Positions 54,268 through 64,000 of a stretch of DNA of 64,000 nt are shown here, in pieces. The stretch spans positions 67,952,001 to 68,016,000 of the forward strand of contig NC_042998.1 in the NCBI RefSeq assembly GCF_006345805.1, written 5' to 3'. The translations under genes and the position numbers were made by a program. Every line of letters begins with the position of its first letter. Within the stretch, counting starts at the first letter, position 1. This DNA comes from Octopus sinensis (lineage: Eukaryota). The notes beneath the pieces are model-generated. The model searched no databases and was not told where the DNA came from. It was given only the letters and a program-made list of their open reading frames with translations.

Positions 54268-54686
54268 CTCTTAACTCTTTACTCTTTTACATGCTTCAGT
54301 CATTTGACTGTGGCCATGTTAGAGCAACGCCTTTAATCGAGCAAATCGACCCCAGGACATATTCTTTGGAAGCCTAGTACTTATTCTATCGGTCTCTTTT
54401 GCCAAACCGCTAAGTTACGGTGACGTAAACACACCACCATCGGTTGTCAAGTGATGTTGGTGAGGGGGGGGACAGACATAGACACACACACATATACACA
54501 CACATACATACATATATATATACATATATACGACGGGCTTCTTTCAGTTTCCGTCTACCAAATCCACTCACAAGGCTTTGCTCGGCCTCAGGCTATAGTA
54601 GAAGACACTTTACCAAGGTACTTCGCAGTGGGAATGAACCCGGAACCATGTGATTGGTAAGCAAGCTACTTACCACACAGCCACTC
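54268..54686 (-). mobile_element. SINE family A, near full length, reverse orientation
   Basis: Complete reverse-complement match to head, microsatellite and tail. Confidence 0.88.
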
Positions 54687-55380
54687 CTACGCCTGTATGG
54701 TCAGCATTTGTGAGGGACATGCTAAAGACGTTGGTCGGAGCTGACTCAATCCGCCCCGAGTGAATACTACCGCAAGCACAAGTAAATACATTGGTTGTAG
54801 TGAAATAAGTGAGTAAACTTAACAGGTTTTTGAATGAATTCTCTCAAACTACGGTGTTTTGTGCGGAGGGAACATATGATAAACATGCATATTATTTTAG
54901 CTGGTTATTTATCATAGATCCTTCTGCTGCTACAGCTATTACTATGACGGTCTCTGACCTTAAACCTTACAACTGGGGAACGACCGTTGGAAGACCTAAT
55001 CAGTGCAGATGCCATTTTTCCCTATCATTTACTTACTATTTCTCAATTTGTTTATGTTGCATTAAACACCACTTAATCTTTCTTTCCCATAATTCTAGCT
55101 CAATCAGTTTTCTCTAGCGAATGTTTTCTCTATAGATATCAGCTCATAATAGTTTGAGTCGCACATAATTGGATTGACCTCTCTCTATTTTGTCATGGAC
55201 GCTGAAGTATTTTGCATCGCTTCTCTTTTTCACTATAAATAACACATAACGTGTCATAACTGGATTTTATTCACTTTTTAAGACGGAAAAAGTAGGTTCT
55301 TCAGATTGGAGAATCACAGCCATATATGAAGTATTCGATACTTATACATACATACATACATACATACATACATACATACA

Positions 55381-55441
<61 letters not shown>

Positions 55442-55687
55442 AAAGATACACATGCATACATAAATGTATATACACTTGCTTATAACCGTATATGCATACT
55501 TATATTTTTGTTGATGTATATTATATATATATAGATAGATAGATAGATATAGATATAGGCATGTATGTGTGTATGTATGTATATTAGGGACTCTCACTTC
55601 GGAGAAGACTATGAGCGTTCAGCTTCTGTAGAATGCCCTGTACAAATGATTATGTATGAATACACACACACACATGTATGTATATAT

Positions 55688-55751
<64 letters not shown>

Positions 55752-55849
55752 TGTTTGTATGTATGTATGTATGTACGTATGTATGTATGTATTATGCATG
55801 TATGTATGTATGTATGTCTGTATACGCATATTCATATACATGCATATGT

Positions 55850-56015
55850 ACATTCTTTTTTACTCTGGGCACAACGCCCGAAATGTTGGGGGAGGGAGCC
55901 AGTCGTTTTGGATCGAGCCCAACTGGTATTTAATTCATTGACACCGAAAGGATGAAAGGTAAAGTCGACCTCGGCGGAATTTGAACTCAGAACACAACGG
56001 AAGGGCGAAATAATA
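55850..56015 (-). mobile_element. SINE family C, reverse orientation
   Basis: gatgaaaggtaaagtcgacctcggcggaatttgaactcagaac is the reverse complement of the family C core. Confidence 0.8.
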
Positions 56016-56689
56016 CACGCATATGTATATTACGGACTCTCACCTCGGAAACGACTATGAGCGTTCGGCTTCTGTAGAACAACCAGCACAAATGATTTGT
56101 TTCTAGTGATCAAACGTTTGCGTCGCACATCGGCTCACTCTCTCCGTCAAATCATCGTTGACTGAACAGGTGCACAGGTGTACCAAGTATCAGGTGACGG
56201 AAGCGATCGCAGAATAACGTGAGATGAAGTGTTCTGCTCAAGAACGCAACGCATCACACAGTCCAGGAATTGAAACCATGATCGCTGGATCGTGGATGCA
56301 ACAGCCTAACTACTAAGCCATTCGCTCTCACATAAACGTGTGTGTGTGTGTACATTACGTTTATATATTTGTTTTGAAAGATCCTGACGTGAAATCGTGT
56401 GTTGAAACATATTCTTATATTTCGGGAAGGTCATTTTTTCCCGAATAAACACACACACTTCTTATTCGTTCTTAACTTCAGATTTATTATTTTTCTTTCA
56501 GTATCCTTTGTCTGAAATCTTTCGTCACACATCCTGTGACCGCTTCAGTGGATTTACATCCCACGTGTCTCCTCGTGTTCCAATACACCTATATATATTC
56601 AATTTTTTCCGCTCTTGTTTCAGAATTCACATCATGATAGAATGAATGATTGTGATAATGGTTTAGTTCTATTTTCGTTTGTATTCCAG

Positions 56690-56876
56690 GTATTTCATTT
56701 GAGTTTGAGATGAACCATATGAAACTGCTCATTGAAAGAGCGACAAAGATTTGGACAGATGCATTGATAGTTTTGGCCCGGCACACGACTAACTTAAATG
56801 GTCCATCCTTTCATTTGAATATGTCATGCGATGGAACCCGACCGCTACGTTGGGAAGAGGGCAAACATTTATATAG
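56690..56876 (+). CDS. Nmdar2: Next internal coding exon of the same NMDA receptor subunit (end of ATD)
   Basis: Acceptor ttttcgtttgtattccag (AG 56688-89), donor gtaagt (56877). 187 nt, phase 1 in, matching the previous exon (G+GT = Gly), phase 2 out. Open translation GISFEFEMNHMKLLIERATKIWTDALIVLARHTTNLNGPSFHLNMSCDGTRPLRWEEGKHLY(R/S) parallels recalled Nmdar2 'GVHFDTS...AIKIY...SLSC.....RWDNGEIFF'. Confidence 0.85.
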
Positions 56877-57240
56877 GTAAGTGGTCCTTAATAATCTTTC
56901 CAAACAATCAGTCATTTATTTGCTTTATTTTCAGGATTGATAAAATGCTAAATGAATCTTTAGATAATAATAACCGAAATAAATGTCCGTTGGTATATTG
57001 GTTAGTTGTCCAAACCTAATTTACATTGTATAGCGAGATGGAACGAGAGAGTCAGAGATAAAGACGGAGAGTTAACATAAGGGATGCATGATGGATGCAA
57101 CTTCTATGCTTGAGGGAGGGAAGGAGGAGAGAAAGCAAATTAAGTAGTTATAGGAGACGTTATACGGAGGTTAACATTCGTTATTCTGTACTTGTTTCAG
57201 TCATTTGACTGCGGCCATGCTGGAGCACCGCCTTTTAGAG

Positions 57241-57401
57241 TGGTGAAAGAGTACAGCAGGGATCACCACCTCCTGCCGGAGCCTCGTGGAGCTTTTAGGT
57301 GGTTTCGCTCAATAAACACACACAACGCCCGGTCTGGGAATCGAAACCGCGATCCTCCGACCGCAAGTCCGCTGCCCTAACCACTAGGCCATTGCGCCTC
57401 C
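57241..57401 (-). mobile_element. SINE family B head, reverse orientation
   Basis: Reverse complement of 53085-53249. A box TGGCCTAGTGG, B box GGTTTCGATTCC. Confidence 0.88.
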
Positions 57402-57579
57402 ACAAAAAGAGTTTTGTTTTTGAAAAATTAGTATTCCTTTCATCATTTTGTAAAACCGCCAAGAAAGTTGATAAAAGCTGAAATGTATCGCGTGTATATA
57501 ATGTTTCCTGATGGTACTCATGGTGGTGAAAACATATTTACAAAGTTACTCGTTTTATGAAGGTTAACACTCCGGTTGT

Positions 57580-57671
<92 letters not shown>

Positions 57672-57828
57672 GGGCTACAGCAAATATTCTGCACAATACC
57701 ACAGATTTGCTTTTCATGATGCATCTGCCTGGTGTGCCCTTATCAGACGGGTAGTCATGATGGGTATACTGGGCTTCAAATATTTTATCTCAGTGTCACT
57801 TTGATGGCATGCACTGCTCTCTCACTCA

Positions 57829-57887
<59 letters not shown>

Positions 57888-57890
<3 letters not shown>

Positions 57891-58450
57891 CGATGGCAAG
57901 AAAAGCCCCGTCATGGCAAATATTGGGCTAAACTAAATGCAAAAGAAATAGACAGAGAAAAATCCCAGCAACGGTTGAGAAGCTCAGGACTCAAAGCAGA
58001 GATGGGTGGATTTTTAATTGCAGCACAAGACCAAAGCCTCCCAACCAGAAATTACCAAAAACATATAAGGAAAAGAAACATAACAAGTAACTGCAGAATA
58101 TATGGAAATGAACAAGAAAAGATAAATCATATTATCTCAGGCTGCCCAGTCCTGGCTAAAGAAAGAATATATTTACAGACACGACAGAGTTGGGGCCTAC
58201 ATACACTGGAAGCTATGCTAACAATATGAAATGAAGGTATAGGCACACACCAGAAAAGGTCACAGAAAACGAGAAAGCAACCAATACACACAGATAGAGA
58301 AATTAAGGCCAATAGGCCAGATATAGTTGTCAGAGATCATGAAGGCAAAAAAATGCTTTTAATTGATGTATCAATACCAGCAGATGACAACGTTTCTCTA
58401 AAAGAAATGGAGAAACTTTCACATATATATATAGAAATAGAGATAACTCG
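57888..58450 (+). mobile_element. R4/Dong-like non-LTR retrotransposon fragment
   Basis: WQEKPRHGKY...GLKAE..GFLIAAQDQSLPTRNY...CRI...EKINHIISGCPVLA, then RHDRV...ANRPDIVV...FLIDVSIP...KEMEKL. Starts directly after (TAA)n. Confidence 0.9.
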
Positions 58451-59425
58451 ACACTTTTGCGTCAAAAACGAAATCATACTCGCGGGTTCAAACGATTAAT
58501 ACTTCGCCCAGTTTAATACCACGACTACCCACCTTGTGTGCGTTTAATCAGTGCCTAGTTCACTGCGATGCAATCATTCGCACTAAATTACCGGTTTGAA
58601 GGTACTGCTCCCCCCCTCTCTCTCTCTCTCTTTCACATTACATTTATTGGCAATTGTAAAGGGTCATAGACTTTTAGACTTTGCCTAACCATTCGATAGA
58701 AAGAGATAAAAAGAGAAAATAAATTGTTTATATTTTGCGATTTTAATATTGAACTTATATTAATCAAATGCTTCATTATTGGATAATCCTGAATTTATAT
58801 TTATATTTTCCGATTGTGTAAATGAAATAAAACTTTGCAACCTGTGCAAAATGAAAACTGCATAAATCATTCAATAAAAATATATAACTTGTTAAAAGTT
58901 GCGTATCATACCAGTATTATAATACACACATTCAACATCTATATTAAATCTATTAGGATATGAATCATAATACATATGTATTGAGTATATGTTATATCTA
59001 TTAGATTACGAAATATGATATGGTTGGATATAATTCTTATACATTAGTAATATTTTAAGAGTTTCTATTGTAAGTGTGCTTGTTAACTTTGTACATTGTA
59101 GAATTATTTAAAATTTCAGGAAAAAAAAGTTTATAGATGAAATACAAATTCTACATAAATCAACGGAATCACACCGAACTTTCTGAATAATTGACATTTT
59201 TAAAAAATTTATAAACATATAAAACACGCATACTTGAACACATCAAATGCATTATCATTTTTAAATAAATCTATTTGTCATGAAAGGAATATAATTTAAT
59301 GTAAAACTAGCGTATATAGAAATTTATAACTACTCCAGTAAAATGTAAACTTTACAAGAGATTCAAAACTCATTTGATAAGTGTGGGTGAGTGTGTGTGT
59401 ATACTATATGTATGTGTGTGTGTGC

Positions 59426-59461
<36 letters not shown>

Positions 59462-59613
59462 CATACATAGATATACGTAGGTATATATATATATATATTA
59501 TATAATATATATATATATATACATAGGTATATATATATTTGATGGAGAATGTGAGCTAATGTGCGGCACGAACATTTGATCAGGATAAATAAACAAGTGT
59601 TGCCCATATATAC

Positions 59614-59691
<78 letters not shown>

Positions 59692-59741
59692 GTGTGTGTG
59701 TATACACATAGATATAAAATATATATACACACACACACACA

Positions 59742-59778
<37 letters not shown>

Positions 59779-60019
59779 AGAATTCACAAAAAAACAACAA
59801 AAAACGAAGACAGATGGTGTAGACAACAAACAGATATATTAGTATAACGCTCGGGAAGTGAAAAGTCTTTAACGTTTCGAGCCTACGCTCTTCCACAGAA
59901 AGGAACACAGAAAGAAACAAGGAGAGAAAATAAAGAATGTGTAGGAGCTAGCGATCTATCACATATACATAAGTATTCAAGTAAGTATATATATTAATTA
60001 TTGTGTATTGCTGTTTGTG

Positions 60020-60645
60020 ATAAACCTGTTGTTCAAAGCCGCAGTCACATTCAACAGCCATTGAAACCAAGGATTTGTGTTCTGAAGCATTCTCCTGCTG
60101 AAACAAGGCCTCTTTCGTTAGTTTTCTTGTAACTGCCAGTAAGTTGATATAGTATTATCCATGGACAGTGTGATCGTTTTGAAGATAACCATTAAATACA
60201 ATGTTTGCTGCATCCCAAAAAGCTGATGTCATCATATTCCTTGCAGATAAAATGACCTTGGGTTTCTTTGGAGCGGGTATACATGGGTGTTGCAATGGCC
60301 TGGACTGTTCCTTTGTCTCAGGTTCAAGGTGATAAATACAACACTCATCCTAGGTTAGGAAATGCGTAGGGAAGTCAGTTGGATCTACCTGAAGCAATGT
60401 CATACTTCCCGTGATGTGTTCAGACAGGTGTGCATTTGATTAGGTGTCAGAAGACCTACCGAGCAGAAACGTTCGTCATACCAAGTTCATTCTACTATTA
60501 CCATATCTCTAATGAGATATGCAAATCACATTGGTTATTTGATTTATAATCAGTCGCCTCTCAAACATCGCCTTGTGATGAACACGATCACTGTTTTCCT
60601 CAGTCAATTCATCTGAACACTTTTGCTCTGCTAATACATTGGGGG
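60020..60645 (-). mobile_element. Degenerate mariner transposase remnant
   Basis: Minus translation TEENSDRVHHKAMFERRLIINQITNVICIS (mariner TEENIxRVxxxVMxDRRLTIxQIA), with further LEPETK and PAPKKPK pieces. Boundaries approximate. Confidence 0.75.
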
Positions 60646-60891
60646 TATCATATATAGTGCAAAACCAAAGGTGTCGTCTGTGAAGCTGAAGTGCTACCAA
60701 ACCCTGGCAATAAAACCGGTAGAAGCCGTAACAGCCGTAGATACGAGAACAGAACCAGCAACGCCACCTCCGCCACCACAGTGAAGAACATTAGCAACAT
60801 TAACAATAACAGCACCTGGGACAGCAATGGTAGTTCTCCTGTCGTCAATGACAGCAGTAACAATAGCAACATCGCCAACAGCAGCAGCAGT

Positions 60892-61085
60892 GGAGGCGCA
60901 ATGGCCCAGTGGTTAGGTCAGTGGACTCGCAGTCGTAAGAACGCAGTTTCAATTCCCAGACCGGGCAATGTGAGTGTTTATTGAGCAAAAGCACCTAAGC
61001 TCCACGAGGATTAGTGGTGGCGGGAGTGAACCCCGCTGTACTCTTTCGCCACAGCTTTCTCTCACTCTTTCTTCCTATTTCTGCC
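60892..61085 (+). mobile_element. SINE family B, 3'-truncated, inserted in the Penelope remnant
   Basis: ggaggcgcaatggcccagtgg head starts immediately after the AGC-rich Penelope ORF segment. Confidence 0.85.
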
Positions 61086-61364
61086 ACAAAACAAAGGAAC
61101 CATGGTGTAACCACTATGGTGTGGCAAACTTTCAGATCTTAGTCTAGATTGCGAATCCTCTGTACCCCAGGATGGTTCAGCTCTCCACCCGTTAAAAGCC
61201 ACCGTTTACGGAATGAGGATAACAACGTAGCTTTCCCGCCCGTGCAACTGCCCGTCTATCGCGTGTGGTGGGTGGATTTTTAAGTTGCTACACGCATTCT
61301 TGGTAGCTTAGAGTAGACTTGAATTATTCTTTGTGGCTAATGGCGTGAGTCCTGATAGGAAAAA

Positions 61365-61500
61365 GAAGAAGGAGGAGGAGGAGAGGAGGAGGAGGAGGAG
61401 GAGAAGAAGAAGAAGAAGAAGAAAAAAGAAGAAGAAGAAGAAGAAGAAAAGAAGAAGAAGAAGAAGAAGAAGAAGAAGAAGAAGAAGAAGAAGAAGAAAA
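61365..61500. repeat. (GAG)n/(GAA)n polypurine tract
   Basis: Direct inspection. Confidence 0.95.
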
Positions 61501-62199
61501 CGTCAGCGAAACCACAGGTAATAACACCTTTATCAGCAATGACAACTCTCCTAGCATTAACGAGGACCACAATAGCAACAACAGCGCTTTTCTCATAAAC
61601 GGCAGTGGCGATACCATTACCGACACAGCCACCACCTCCAGCGACGCCAACACTAGCAGTCCTAGCTCCAACAACAACGATGTCGGCAGCAGCAACAACA
61701 ACAAAAACAACAGCAGACACATCAATGACCACACGCGCCCGCGGAGATACACTGGATGTTCCGAGAACACTTTTAAACATCGTCTCTCTAACCACAGGTC
61801 CTCCTTCAGAGTTCTGAAAAGAAGATACGTAATATTAGTGGCCAGCCACGTCTGGCAACTAAGAGAAGATAGGCTTCCACACTCAAACTCATGGAAAATC
61901 CTCGAGGATACAGGCACCTACATCAACGGGAAGAATCGTTGGAAGTTATGAATAGGTGAACGCGGGAGAATCCTAAAGGCCTCACTCGAACCAGGGAACA
62001 TCCTTAATATTAGAATGGAGATTTTCGGGATATTTTTACATTTCAGGAGGTTCCTGCTACCTTTTTGAACCTACAAGATGGCGGCACAGCCGGACGTCTA
62101 TAACCAATAGCGAAGGGTTATAATCACCAATTGTTACTTTTAAGTAGTGAGGCATTTCCGCATCCATATATTCAAGAGGTTATGGGCCAACAAGTTTAG

Positions 62200-62251
62200 G
62201 GGATCTGACGATACTCCAACTCTTTACAGACGAGAAACCTAAAGTAATCCC
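62200..62251 (+). ncRNA. Minimal type I hammerhead ribozyme, intact core, degenerate helix II
   Basis: gggau CUGACGA [uacuc...gacga] GAAAC cuaaa GUA auccc. Perfect 5-bp helix I and full core, downstream of a Penelope GIY-YIG ORF. Helix II has 2 mismatches near its base. Confidence 0.7.
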
Positions 62252-62917
62252 ATAAACCGGCCTTCCCTAATTTTAATATATACGGTTCTACATCTTAGAG
62301 TGAGCTACCTCTTTCAGATTTATGTTTTTTACAGGATATATATATATACATGCATACATACACATCTACTCATCACCATAGGTATTGTATATGTACACAT
62401 ATATATAATATTCCTATATATGTGTATATGTGAATGATACAAATAAACCTGGTATGTTATTAATGATTATGTACAGATAGCTAGATAGACAGACTCACAA
62501 ACGAACAGACATTGATACGTACGTATGTATGTACATATGTGTGTACGTGTGTCAGTGTGTGTACACATATATACCCATATGTATATATATATAAAGAGAG
62601 AGAGAAGAGAGAAAGAGTAAGAGACAGAGAAAAACGGAGATATTCAATATTATACAATGTAAATTATCTTGCATTGTACTGGTAATGAACCATCATCCTT
62701 TATTATTGTTATCGTTACTATTATTATTATTAATATTAACATAAGTTATATCATTTCGTTATAAATATACATGTGTGTGTGCATGTGTGCGTGTGAGCTT
62801 GTGTGTAAGCATGTGTGTGTGTGTGTTTGTGTTAAATACATACCATCTAGACAGCTATCTTTTGCTGTTTCCTACATCTGCGCGTGACTATTTTCATCTG
62901 TATGTCGTCATATGAGA

Positions 62918-62956
<39 letters not shown>

Positions 62957-63185
62957 GCGCGTAACTATACTTTCGTAACTATATTTTCTCATTGGTTTGC
63001 TTAGTGTGATTTTATGGGTATATGAGTGGTGAATACGATGGCAAGCATTTATATAAACTGTAGAAAAAATATTTCAAATTCAAATAAACTTTTATAGACA
63101 AAATCTAAAAAACAAAACTCGTTGCATTATAGAAATACAATCATGCAAATATATGTGTCTGACTGTATACATACATGCATATATA

Positions 63186-63805
<620 letters not shown>

Positions 63806-64000
63806 ATGTGTGTGTGTATATATATATATATATGTGTGTGTATATAGGCAACCAGACATATTTGCATGAATGTATATCTATAGATGTGACGAGTTGATAT
63901 ATACATATACACACACGCACACACATAAATATATATATATATGTGTGTGTGTGTTAGTGTGTGTGTCTATGTGTCTATGTGTCTGTGTGTCTGTGTGTAT

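Larger units (their letters stand above)
23433..56689 (+). other. 33,257-bp GT-AG intron of the NMDA receptor gene
   Basis: Bounded by gtaagt and ttccag. The flanking exons join in frame into a continuous receptor sequence. No in-frame internal exon found by eye. Confidence 0.8.
60655..62335 (+). mobile_element. Penelope-like retroelement remnant (GIY-YIG domain + pLTR) interrupted by later insertions
   Basis: CKTKGVVCEAEV (60658-60693), then after the insertions RRYTGCSENTFKHRLSNHRSSFR...SHVWQL...WKIL...RWKL*...ILNIRME. Hammerhead motif at 62200-62251. Ends at (TA)n. Confidence 0.85.

Noticed and set aside
61324-61917. 197-aa minus ORF and 152-aa minus ORF
   Set aside because: Antisense read-through of the Penelope remnant and (GAA)n tract.

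Overview
AT-rich, microsatellite-dense eukaryotic DNA. The SINE families and overall texture suggest a coleoid cephalopod, probably Octopus (inference). I can support only one host gene: two + strand coding exons (23299-23432 and 56690-56876) that splice in frame across a 33.3-kb GT-AG intron. They encode part of the amino-terminal domain of an ionotropic glutamate receptor, most like invertebrate NMDA receptor subunit 2 (Nmdar2/GluN2-like). I found no upstream or downstream exon in the window, so the rest is probably intronic. It is filled with transposon debris: a full-length irritans-type mariner with TIRs and TA duplication, two mariner remnants, a Buster/Charlie-type hAT remnant, several Penelope-like retroelements, R4/Dong-like REL retroelements beside (TAA)n, RTE and CR1/L2 fragments, three or more tRNA-derived SINE families, and two near-identical tandem duplications. 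The most notable unannotated signal is a set of minimal type I hammerhead ribozyme motifs. One looks fully intact (9905-9947, -), one has an intact core sense to the host pre-mRNA (62200-62251), two are complementary degenerate copies in an inverted pLTR pair, and several are core variants. There is also a Penelope GIY-YIG endonuclease remnant with an apparent ~150-aa low-complexity insertion between its two motifs. Nearly all ORF-track entries (MYVC/YIHT/IYIY/poly-L/V/I) are microsatellite artefacts. Hammerheads in Penelope pLTRs are known in general. I see no evidence for a wholly new protein-coding system.
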